64,000 nt of DNA from NCBI GenBank assembly GCA_963664705.1, contig OY761556.1, forward strand, positions 3,776,001 through 3,840,000, read 5' to 3'. Position 1 is the first letter of the stretch, and every line of letters starts with the position of its first letter. The translations under genes were made by a program, and so were the position numbers. The DNA comes from Acidobacteriota bacterium (GTDB lineage Bacteria > Acidobacteriota > UBA6911). The notes under the pieces were generated by a model. The model saw nothing but the letters and a program-made list of their open reading frames with translations. It was not told the DNA's origin and made no database searches. Shown piece after piece: positions 9,104 through 17,881 of this stretch.

Positions 9104-10477
9104 ATGTATTCAAAACGGATTGCATGCATCGGCGCCGGATATGTCGGAGGCCCCACCATGGCAGTCATCGCCATGAAGTGCCCTCAATATAAGGTCCATG
9201 TTGTTGACGTCAGCGCATCGCGCATAAATGCCTGGCAAACAGATAGTCTGCCGATCTATGAACCGGGGCTCCTGGATGTTGTTCAGGCCGCCCGCGGAAG
9301 GAATTTGTTTTTCTCCACCGATATCAATGCCGCAATTCGAGAATCAGAGATTATTTTTGTTTCCGTCAATACTCCCACCAAAACCTTCGGTGAGGGAGCC
9401 GGCAGGGCAGCCGATCTGCAGTACTGGGAAAAGGTTGCACGCGAGATTCTTCGCGAATCCAAGTCCCCCAAGATTGTCATTGAAAAAAGCACATTGCCCG
9501 TAAAAACGGCTCAAACAATGGAAAACATCCTGAACGGCAGCGGCAGGAAGGCTCAGTTTGAAGTGATTTCCAATCCGGAGTTTCTGGCTGAAGGGACCGC
9601 CGTTAAAGACCTGTTGGAACCTGATCGCGTGCTGATTGGATCGCGTGAAACTCCGTCCGGCCTCGAAGCACGACAGGAGGTCGTGGACATTTACGCAAAC
9701 TGGGTGCCACGAGAGCGGATTCTGACGAGCAATGTCTGGAGCGCCGAATTATCCAAGCTTGTTGCCAACGCATTCCTGGCGCAGAGAATATCTTCCATCA
9801 ACAGCATCTCCGCTCTGTGCGAAAAAACCGATGCGAGCGTGCAGGAAGTGGCGCGGGCAATCGGCATGGATTCACGGATCGGCAACAAGTTTCTTAACGC
9901 CAGCGTCGGGTTCGGGGGATCGTGCTTTAAAAAAGACATCCTGAACCTGGTCTATATTTGCGAATCCTACGGGCTGCACGATGTTGCGCAGTATTGGGAA
10001 TCGGTCCTCGATATCAATGAATTCCAGGAAGCCAGATTTGTGCGGACGATGATCCGGGAAATGTTCAATACCATTGTAGGGAAAAGAATCGCGCTGTTCG
10101 GGTTTGCATTCAAAGCAGATACCAGTGATACGCGGGAGTCGCCGGCTATCTACATTACCAGGAAACTGCTGGAAGAGCGGGCGCAGGTTGCGATCACGGA
10201 TCCACAGGCGCTTGAAAATGCGCGGATCGATCTTGCACAATTTTCCGAAAACCTCGAATATATCGAAGATCCGTACGAGGCGGCAAGGGGATCACACGCC
10301 ATCGCAGTGATGACTGAATGGGGACTCTACAAATCGCTCGATTGGGAAAAGATCTATAAGTCGATGGAGAAGCCCGCGTTTCTGTTTGATGGAAGGAATC
10401 TGTTGGACCACGAGGCGCTATTTAAGCTGGGATTTAATGTTTACCCTTTGGGGAGGCCAGCGCTGAAACATTTTTAG
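9104..10477 (+). CDS. ugd: UDP-glucose 6-dehydrogenase
   Basis: IGAGYVGGPT, VIEKSTLP, SNPEFLAEG and GFGGSCFKKD motifs; start moved to ATG at 9104. Confidence 0.92.
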   Translation: MYSKRIACIGAGYVGGPTMAVIAMKCPQYKVHVVDVSASRINAWQTDSLPIYEPGLLDVVQAARGRNLFFSTDINAAIRESEIIFVSVNTPTKTFGEGAGRAADLQYWEKVAREILRESKSPKIVIEKSTLPVKTAQTMENILNGSGRKAQFEVISNPEFLAEGTAVKDLLEPDRVLIGSRETPSGLEARQEVVDIYANWVPRERILTSNVWSAELSKLVANAFLAQRISSINSISALCEKTDASVQEVARAIGMDSRIGNKFLNASVGFGGSCFKKDILNLVYICESYGLHDVAQYWESVLDINEFQEARFVRTMIREMFNTIVGKRIALFGFAFKADTSDTRESPAIYITRKLLEERAQVAITDPQALENARIDLAQFSENLEYIEDPYEAARGSHAIAVMTEWGLYKSLDWEKIYKSMEKPAFLFDGRNLLDHEALFKLGFNVYPLGRPALKHF

Positions 10478-10505
10478 CCGCTGACATACGCTGACGGACG
10501 CTGAT

Positions 10506-11537
10506 ATGAAAATACTGGTTACAGGGGGAACGGGGTATATAGGATCTCATACCGCAGTTGAACTGATTCAAAGCGGCTATGAACCGGTCATTGTCGATAA
10601 TCTTTCGAATTCGCGGATCGAAGTGCTCGATGGGATCCAGGAGATCACACGGGTTCGTCCGGGGTTTGAGAAACTCGATCTATGCGAACTGGAGCGGCTT
10701 AGGGATTTTTGTCGCAGGAACGAAGGCCTAAAGGCAATCGTCCACTTCGCGGCATACAAGGCAGTCGGCGAATCAACGGAAAAGCCGATTGAGTACTATG
10801 AAAACAACCTCGTTTCGCTGCTGAATATTCTCCGAACGATGAAGGAATTTGGCATCCCGTTCCTGGTATTCTCTTCTTCCTGCACTGTATATGGACAGCC
10901 GGATGAGCTTCCGGTGACAGAAGAATCGCCTATAAAGCCGGCTGCCTCTCCTTATGGAAATACCAAGCAAATTTCTGAAGAAATAATTCGGGACACGATA
11001 GCCGCTTCAAGCGGATTGAAAGCCATTTCCCTTCGCTACTTCAACCCGATCGGGGCGCATCCGTCGGCATTGATTGGCGAGCTTCCGTCAGGAACACCGC
11101 TAAACCTTGTTCCCTACATCACCCAGACGGCCGCAGGAGTCAGGGATCATTTGCGGGTTTTTGGCAATGATTATGACACGCCGGATGGCTCCGGCATCCG
11201 CGACTATATCAATGTCGTCGACCTGGCCAAGGCGCATGTAAAAGCAATTGAGCGGTTGATTGGGACCCGGGCAAAGCAAGCTTACGAGGTTTTCAACCTG
11301 GGGACCGGCAAGGGACTGTCTGTTCTGGAGATCATTCAGAGCTTCGAAAAATCTACCGGGCAGAAACTCAATTACAAGATCTATCCTCGAAGACCCGGAG
11401 ATATTGCCTGCGTCTACGCGGATACTTCTCTGGCGAATCGGGAACTGGGGTGGAAAACAGAAACAACTCTGGAGGATACTCTTCGTTCCGCCTGGAATTG
11501 GGAAAACCACATAAGAGGGACCGCGGAGGGACGCTGA
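10506..11537 (+). CDS. galE: UDP-glucose 4-epimerase
   Basis: GGTGYIGSH, HFAAYKAVGES, YGNTK and LRYFNPIGAH motifs. Confidence 0.95.
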   Translation: MKILVTGGTGYIGSHTAVELIQSGYEPVIVDNLSNSRIEVLDGIQEITRVRPGFEKLDLCELERLRDFCRRNEGLKAIVHFAAYKAVGESTEKPIEYYENNLVSLLNILRTMKEFGIPFLVFSSSCTVYGQPDELPVTEESPIKPAASPYGNTKQISEEIIRDTIAASSGLKAISLRYFNPIGAHPSALIGELPSGTPLNLVPYITQTAAGVRDHLRVFGNDYDTPDGSGIRDYINVVDLAKAHVKAIERLIGTRAKQAYEVFNLGTGKGLSVLEIIQSFEKSTGQKLNYKIYPRRPGDIACVYADTSLANRELGWKTETTLEDTLRSAWNWENHIRGTAEGR

Positions 11538-11600
11538 TTACGCGGAGGACGCGGATAAATATCCGCGTCCTCCAGCGTAGTCGGCGTGTGTCCGCGGTTA
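11518..11600. repeat. 9-bp-period inverted repeat doublet (family A)
   Basis: ggaccgcggagggacgctgattacgcggaggacgcggata / tatccgcgtcctccagcgtagtcggcgtgtgtccgcggtt; spans the gap between convergent genes. Confidence 0.85.
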
Positions 11601-12884
11601 CGATTTTAGGACCTGGCCCGGTTTGGTTTTGATGCCGGCCATGGCATTGCGAGTGTCCACAATGCAGTTCGCCCAATCCGCCAATTCCTGATAATTGACG
11701 GCTTCATGCTGCGTCGAGATCAGAACCACATCATACTTCGATACTTCTTCACGAGACCAGTTCACCGACTTCAATCCTGCATAATGCCCGTGCTCACGGG
11801 AAGGACGGATCACAGGAATAAAAGGATCGTAGAAGCTGACCTGAGCGCCGCGCTTTTTCAATAGATCCATTAAAACATAGCTCGGCGATTCGCGATCGTC
11901 ATCAACATCTGCCTTATATGCAATACCAAGAATCAGGACTTCAGACCCATTCAGAGCTTTCTTCCGCGTGTTCAACGCCTCACCGACCTTATTTACAACA
12001 TATTCGGGCATCGAGGTATTGATCTCGCCGGCCAGCTCGATGAATCTTGTGTGCTGCCCGTATTCCCTTGCCTTCCAGGTCAAATAAAAGGGATCGATCG
12101 GAATGCAGTGCCCGCCCAATCCGGGACCAGGATAAAAGGGCATGAAGCCAAACGGCTTTGTCTTAGCGGAATTGATCACTTCCCAGACGTCAATATCCAT
12201 GGCGTCATAAACGACCTTCAGCTCATTGACCAGCGCGATATTGACTGCGCGGAATGTGTTTTCGAGCAGCTTGGTCGCTTCGGCAGCCCGGCAGGAAGAC
12301 ACGGGAACAATCGTTTTGATCGCTTTGCCATATAGGGCAACCGCCTTATTCAGGCATTCGGGAGTCAATCCGCCGACTACTTTTGGAATCAGCGCAACCT
12401 TGCTGTCCGGATTGCCGGGGTCTTCGCGTTCCGGTGAGAACGCAAGGTGGAAGTCGACGCCGGCTTTCATTCCTGATCCGGCTTCGAGCACATCCTTCAG
12501 GTCTTCATCGGTCGTCCCCGGGTACGTCGTCGATTCGAGAACCACCAGGCAACCCTTTTTCATATGCGGAGCAATAGCCTTACCGGTATCAACAATGTAG
12601 CTGATATCGGGTTCGCGATTTTTGTTCAGCGGGGTTGGAACCGCAATGACAACAGCCTCGGTTTTGGCGACCTGCGAAAAATCTGTGAACGCTTTGAAAC
12701 TCCCGGCATTCACCATTTCGGCGATCTCGGAAGCTTCGATGTGTTTGATATAGCTCTTTCCGGCATTGAGAGCGTCTACTTTAGCTTTGTCAACGTCCAA
12801 GCCCAGCACTTCCACCCCGTTTCGGGCAAACTGCAGGGAGAGAGGGAGCCCAACGTATCCAAGTCCAACAACCGCAATTTTCAT
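11598..12884 (-). CDS. Nucleotide-sugar dehydrogenase (WbpA/WecC-like UDP-N-acetylhexosamine 6-dehydrogenase)
   Basis: VGLGYVGLP, LESTTYPGTT, SPEREDPGN and GPGLGGHCIPIDP motifs; start moved to ATG at 12884. Confidence 0.9.
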   Translation of the reverse strand: MKIAVVGLGYVGLPLSLQFARNGVEVLGLDVDKAKVDALNAGKSYIKHIEASEIAEMVNAGSFKAFTDFSQVAKTEAVVIAVPTPLNKNREPDISYIVDTGKAIAPHMKKGCLVVLESTTYPGTTDEDLKDVLEAGSGMKAGVDFHLAFSPEREDPGNPDSKVALIPKVVGGLTPECLNKAVALYGKAIKTIVPVSSCRAAEATKLLENTFRAVNIALVNELKVVYDAMDIDVWEVINSAKTKPFGFMPFYPGPGLGGHCIPIDPFYLTWKAREYGQHTRFIELAGEINTSMPEYVVNKVGEALNTRKKALNGSEVLILGIAYKADVDDDRESPSYVLMDLLKKRGAQVSFYDPFIPVIRPSREHGHYAGLKSVNWSREEVSKYDVVLISTQHEAVNYQELADWANCIVDTRNAMAGIKTKPGQVLKS

Positions 12885-13135
12885 GTAAGAGTCCTTTCCG
12901 GGGAGACTAAGCGAACGACCGCCATAGTCTAGCACAGACCATATCGGCAGTTTGGCCACAGATTCCACTGATTGCAGAGATAAAAAAAGCGGCCGGTGCT
13001 CTTGAGAATGCCAATTTGCAGTTGAAATACGGCTGCCTGTCAGAATAGGCTTGCCCATTCAGTCAAACTGCGGCTCAATTTGGGCCATTTTGCGAAGGCT
13101 TATGTTTTTGCGGGCGTAGACCGAAGAGAGAAGAC

Positions 13136-14206
13136 ATGAATAAAATACTTCACGTTGTCGGAGCACGACCTAATTTCATGAAAGTGGCGCCGGTTCACGC
13201 GGCATTCGCCCGTTGTGGAGTGCGGCAGATACTTGTTCATACTGGACAACACTACGACGCCTTCATGTCGGATATTTTCTTCCAGCAGCTGGGCATCCCC
13301 GAACCGGACTACAATCTCAGCGTTGGTTCCGGCAGTCATGCACAACAGACAGCCGAAATCATGTCTCGTCTCGAACCGGTCATCCTTGAAACCAAACCGG
13401 AGGTGGTACTCGTATACGGGGATGTGAATTCCACGATTGCCGCCGCCCTCGTGTGCTCCAAGCTCCTCGTTCCGATTGGACATGTCGAAGCCGGGCTTCG
13501 ATCTTTCGACCGAACAATGCCGGAAGAGGTCAACCGCATCCTGACCGACCGTGTGGCGGATTATCTTTTTACCCCATCCCAGGATGGCGACGAGAATCTC
13601 TTACGGGAAGGAGTAGCTCCGGAAAAGATTTCCTTCGTAGGCAACGTGATGATCGATACGGTCATCCGGCTGCTGCCCCATGCAAAAATTCCGGCGGGAC
13701 TGGCGGAAAATCCTTATGTGCTTGTGACTCTGCATCGGCCATCCAACGTGGACGATCCCAAGGAATTAACGAAAATTCTAGGAACGTTGAATGAAATAGC
13801 GGCTGGGATCGAGATCATTTTCCCCGTTCACCCTCGAACGAGGCAAATGATGAAGGACCTGTCCCTCAATAGCCTGTCCCCCAATTTCAGATTTGTGGAT
13901 CCAATCGGCTATGTGGAATTCCTGGGGCTTCAGCAAAAAGCCTCGCTGGTGATCACGGATTCCGGCGGCATCCAGGAAGAAACCACGTTCCTTGGAGTGC
14001 ACTGCCTGACAGTGCGGGAAAATACCGAGCGCCCGGTCACGGTTACCATTGGAACCAACAAGCTCGTGGGAAGAGATATGAATCTGCTGCAAACAGAGGC
14101 CCAGAAGATCCTCTCCGGGAAAGGCAAGAAAGGAAATATCCCTCCTTTATGGGATGGAAAGTCCGGGGAGAGAATCGCCGCTATTTTAACGTCGGATATG
14201 CGCTGA
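13136..14206 (+). CDS. wecB: UDP-N-acetylglucosamine 2-epimerase (non-hydrolysing)
   Basis: VGARPNFMK, HTGQHYD, HVEAGLRS and TDSGGIQEE motifs. Confidence 0.93.
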   Translation: MNKILHVVGARPNFMKVAPVHAAFARCGVRQILVHTGQHYDAFMSDIFFQQLGIPEPDYNLSVGSGSHAQQTAEIMSRLEPVILETKPEVVLVYGDVNSTIAAALVCSKLLVPIGHVEAGLRSFDRTMPEEVNRILTDRVADYLFTPSQDGDENLLREGVAPEKISFVGNVMIDTVIRLLPHAKIPAGLAENPYVLVTLHRPSNVDDPKELTKILGTLNEIAAGIEIIFPVHPRTRQMMKDLSLNSLSPNFRFVDPIGYVEFLGLQQKASLVITDSGGIQEETTFLGVHCLTVRENTERPVTVTIGTNKLVGRDMNLLQTEAQKILSGKGKKGNIPPLWDGKSGERIAAILTSDMR

Positions 14207-14227
14207 CCACGCCAACGGGGCACAGCG

Positions 14228-14662
14228 CTAATTTTCGGAAGCTTCTTTGATGCAGTCCAGGACATCCGCCGTGGCCAGACGCCAGCTAAAATCGCTTTCA
14301 CACTGATCCAGGAGAGCTGAAAGCATCTTCAGGCCACGTCGCAATGCATCGCGGAAACCTGCGCTGGCAGCACGTTCGCCGGCATTCATCAGCATCATCC
14401 GCAAACCCTGGGCAATTTCGTACAGGGCGCTGAAGCCCCAGCTGTCCGCTTCGACGCACAGCTGTTCCAGCTTGTCAGAAGCTCGCTGCCATTGTTCGGC
14501 CGCCGAGTCCCGCTGCACTTCCTCGAGCAATTCGCGGCAAAAATCCACAAACTGATATAGGGAACGAAGCTTAAGCTGCAGCTCCAGGGTAAGAACCGAG
14601 AGGAACTCTCGCCTCCCCTTCGTTATTTCCGTGAGAAAATCAGGAATGACCGGTACCTGCAT
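14228..14662 (-). CDS. Hypothetical all-helical protein, HPt-like pattern without the His
   Basis: 144-aa ORF filling the gap behind a strong promoter; LEQLCVEADSWGFSALYEIAQGL resembles the HPt helix pair. Confidence 0.6.
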   Translation of the reverse strand: MQVPVIPDFLTEITKGRREFLSVLTLELQLKLRSLYQFVDFCRELLEEVQRDSAAEQWQRASDKLEQLCVEADSWGFSALYEIAQGLRMMLMNAGERAASAGFRDALRRGLKMLSALLDQCESDFSWRLATADVLDCIKEASEN

Positions 14663-14688
14663 AGGCCAAGGATCCGGGGTAATGGTTT

Positions 14689-14765
14689 AAGGCAAATATT
14701 GTGGCAACGGACAGTCCGTACGCCATATATTGTGGATTATAAATAAAATATATGGAAAAAGTCAA
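14689..14765 (-). promoter_or_regulatory. Sigma-70 promoter (TTGACT-18-TATAAT) followed by two NrdR-box-like motifs
   Basis: -35 at 14760-14765 and -10 at 14736-14741 on the minus strand; ATATTGTGG at 14696 and 14727, 31 bp apart. Confidence 0.55.
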
Positions 14766-14778
14766 ATAGCGAATACCG

Positions 14779-15771
14779 CTAATGCTGCGCCAGGCCGCGA
14801 TAGGCAATAAAGCAGAGGATGCAGATCAGGATGAAAGCCGGAACCGCGTAGGGAACCATTTTTCGAAGCCACCCCGACGCGAAGCGCGAAACCATTTCTT
14901 CGCCCTTCAGCCCCATTGCCGCGCGCCTTACGTGCTTTCGCGTAATTACAAGCGAACGCTCAACGTAGGCCGCAAGCAAGGCTCGGTCGCAAATCAGGTT
15001 AATCAGGCGGGGGTAGCCTTTCGATTTACGCCAGACTGCCCTGAAAGCACTCTGCATAAAACGCAGCCTGGAAGTAGCCCCGGCAACCGCCAATCGATGC
15101 CGGATGTAGGACTCGGTATCGGCTTTGGTGAGAGCTTTGGTCTCGAATCTTACAGAAATCCGCTGATTCAGCTGGCGCAGTGAAGACATCTTCATCTTCT
15201 GATTGAGCTCCAGCTGGCCGACAAAGATGATTTGAAGAAGCTTTTTTTTCGCAGTTTCCAGGTTGGATAACAGCCGCAGCTGTTCCAATAGGGTCGTTGG
15301 AATATTTTGCGCTTCATCCACAATCAATACGGTAAATACATCCTCCTGCGCGCGAGCCGCAAGAAACAGGTTCAGCCTGTCGAGCAGCTGTTTCTTGGTC
15401 ATTCCCTTCATCCAGTCCGTGTCAAAGACGTTCAGGGATTCCTCAGGCTCAGCACTCGGCTCCATATTTCCTTCCGGTCGGACACCAAGGTCCTGCAGTA
15501 TAGACTTCAGGATATCGAGCTCGGAAAGCATCGGGTTTTGAATAAGAGCTGTGCGAATGTCTCTTTGCGCCAATCGTTCCAGAAGCGCCCAGCACAGGGT
15601 GGTCTTCCCTGTCCCCACATCCCCGACAACCAGGGCGAAGCCTTCACGGCGTTCTATGCCGTACAGGATCAGATCCAGCGCTTCTCTGCTTCTCTTGTTT
15701 AGATACAGGAAGGAAGGATCCGGAGTCAGGTTGAATGCGGCTTCTCGGAGACCAAAGAATTTTTCGTACAT
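14779..15771 (-). CDS. ExeA/GspA-family AAA ATPase (PEP-CTERM-system-associated type)
   Basis: MYEKFFGL...FNLTPDP.FLY N-terminus, Walker A GDVGTGKT, Walker B LIVDEAQN, GYPRLINLICD. Confidence 0.88.
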   Translation of the reverse strand: MYEKFFGLREAAFNLTPDPSFLYLNKRSREALDLILYGIERREGFALVVGDVGTGKTTLCWALLERLAQRDIRTALIQNPMLSELDILKSILQDLGVRPEGNMEPSAEPEESLNVFDTDWMKGMTKKQLLDRLNLFLAARAQEDVFTVLIVDEAQNIPTTLLEQLRLLSNLETAKKKLLQIIFVGQLELNQKMKMSSLRQLNQRISVRFETKALTKADTESYIRHRLAVAGATSRLRFMQSAFRAVWRKSKGYPRLINLICDRALLAAYVERSLVITRKHVRRAAMGLKGEEMVSRFASGWLRKMVPYAVPAFILICILCFIAYRGLAQH

Positions 15772-15866
15772 AGGGCTTTCTTATCGGCAACGAGAGGCAA
15801 AAACAGAAGGGTTTGCCTCAAAAAGCGCAAAGGATTCAGTGAATCTGCGCCGTTCAGATCCCGGAG

Positions 15867-17735
15867 TTATTGAGATACTGTTTTGCTGTGCCAGAGGCGG
15901 AACATCAGCACGTTCCAAAGCTGCGTTGAACGATCGCGATATCCGGCCTGGTGCTGATCCCAGATCTGGCGCACAAAGGCCGTCGATAGAAATGGATCTT
16001 CCCGCTCAACAATGAACGCGCGCGCATATTCGCGAATTCCATTGCGGAACCATTCAGCCAGCGGAATGCCGAAGCCCATCTTCGTGCGATAAATCGTTTC
16101 ACTCGGAAGGTACGGCTCCATTGCCTTTTTGAAAAGATACTTGCCGGTATTGCCCCGAAGCTTCAGCGACGACGGCATACGAGCCAGCAGTTCCATGACC
16201 TTGTGATCCAACAGTGGACAGCGCACTTCCAGCGATACGGCCATGCTGGCCCGATCCACCTTCGTCAGGATGTCATCCGTCAGGTAGGTTTTGATATCGA
16301 GATACTGAATGCGGGATACAGGGTCATCTGTCCCGGCCCGAGCGCAATAGTCCCGGAAGAGATCCAGCGTGGAATAGCCTTTGAGCGCGGCCTTTACATC
16401 GGCCGAAAGAACCCTGGGTTTATCATCTCGGCGGAACATCGACATGGTTTCAAAGTATCCCTGAACCGAATCATACGAGAGACTCTGAAAAGTCGACCTT
16501 GCCCGCAAAAACCGCGGAGCCCAATCCATTTTGGGGTAAATACGGGCCAAGGGAGTAAAGAATATCCTACGAAAAGATGCCGGCAGATAGTTTCTGATGC
16601 TGTTTTCGACTGCATCAAAGGCATAACGACGGTACCCCGCAAAATTTTCATCGCCGCCATCTCCGCTAAGTGCAACGGTGACACGATCGCGCGCAGCTTT
16701 GCTTACATAATAGGTCGGCAGTGCGGACGAATCGGAAAAGGGTTCGTCGTAATGCCAGGCAAGCTTCTCAATTGTGGGAATGGTTTCCGCCGTGACATTG
16801 CGTTTGTAGTGGTCCGTCTTCAGAAAATCGGCAACCTGTTGCGCATATCCGGATTCGTCGAACGCATCTTCATCAAAGCCGATGGTTGCGGTACGAACCG
16901 GCTGACTCAGGATCCGGCTCATCATTGCAACCACAGCAGAAGAATCGAGCCCCCCGGAAAGAAACGCTCCCAGCGGGACCTCGCTCATGAGGCGGACGCG
17001 TATCGCTTCCTCGAATTGTTCAACGAATTGGGAAATCCACTGCGATTCGGTCAGTGAAGGCTCCGCCTGAAATTTGAAATCCCAGTAGGAAATTTCCCGG
17101 ACACTCTGCCCGGTGACCTTCAGAAAATGCCCCGGCATGATTTTGCGGATATGTTTATAGACTGATTTGGGTGCAGGGATATACCCGAGGGAGACATAGT
17201 CGCTGACTGCCTGTTCATCAATGCTCAAATCCAGACCGCCATGCCGGAGAATTGATTTGAGCTCGGAAGCAAAGACCAGCTTCTGGTCCTTCAGATAGTA
17301 ATAAAGAGGTTTTTTGCCGACGCGATCCCTGGCCAGAATCAACGTTCGCTTCGGCTCATCCCAAAGCGCAAAGGCAAACATGCCCCGAAGCATTGAGACA
17401 AAGGTATCGGGGTGCTGCTCATACAGATGAACAATGGTCTCGGTGTCACTGCGGGTACGGAACGTATGGGAAGTAAGCCCCCGATTCAACTCTTCGAAGT
17501 TATATATCTCACCATTGAAGCTGATCCAGACAGTCCCGTCTTCATTGCAGAGAGGCTGCTGCCCGGAACTGAGATCGATAATGCTCAAACGTCTATGAGC
17601 GAGAGCAATACCCTTCCCGGTGTGAACGCCGGACTCGTCTGGGCCACGATGCTTCTGCTCATCAGACATGAGCTGGGCAAGCTGCGGGTCCACCGGTCTG
17701 TCATCAAAATATAGAAATCCACAAATTCCGCACAT
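15867..17735 (-). CDS. asnB: Asparagine synthase (glutamine-hydrolysing) family amidotransferase, polysaccharide-associated
   Basis: N-terminal MCGICG, HRGPD, RLSIID, FLSGGLDSS and SGDGGDE; start set at the Ntn Met-Cys. Confidence 0.9.
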   Translation of the reverse strand: MCGICGFLYFDDRPVDPQLAQLMSDEQKHRGPDESGVHTGKGIALAHRRLSIIDLSSGQQPLCNEDGTVWISFNGEIYNFEELNRGLTSHTFRTRSDTETIVHLYEQHPDTFVSMLRGMFAFALWDEPKRTLILARDRVGKKPLYYYLKDQKLVFASELKSILRHGGLDLSIDEQAVSDYVSLGYIPAPKSVYKHIRKIMPGHFLKVTGQSVREISYWDFKFQAEPSLTESQWISQFVEQFEEAIRVRLMSEVPLGAFLSGGLDSSAVVAMMSRILSQPVRTATIGFDEDAFDESGYAQQVADFLKTDHYKRNVTAETIPTIEKLAWHYDEPFSDSSALPTYYVSKAARDRVTVALSGDGGDENFAGYRRYAFDAVENSIRNYLPASFRRIFFTPLARIYPKMDWAPRFLRARSTFQSLSYDSVQGYFETMSMFRRDDKPRVLSADVKAALKGYSTLDLFRDYCARAGTDDPVSRIQYLDIKTYLTDDILTKVDRASMAVSLEVRCPLLDHKVMELLARMPSSLKLRGNTGKYLFKKAMEPYLPSETIYRTKMGFGIPLAEWFRNGIREYARAFIVEREDPFLSTAFVRQIWDQHQAGYRDRSTQLWNVLMFRLWHSKTVSQ

Positions 17736-17881
17736 ATATTTCCCCGCTATATTATCGGTCTGAAAGCATGCCATAGTTCCGGAAATTTAATGAGAATTTT
17801 GAACCGGGAGTTCCGTCAAAATTGCATGCGCAGCTTAAAGGACTCGAAGACTTTCAGTCTTTGGGTTATGATCGATAACAA

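Noticed and set aside
14690-14770. Replication origin (AT-rich tract with a DnaA-box-like TGTGGATTA)
   Set aside because: Only one imperfect box in a short gap with no dnaA/oriC context; better explained as a promoter with operator sites.
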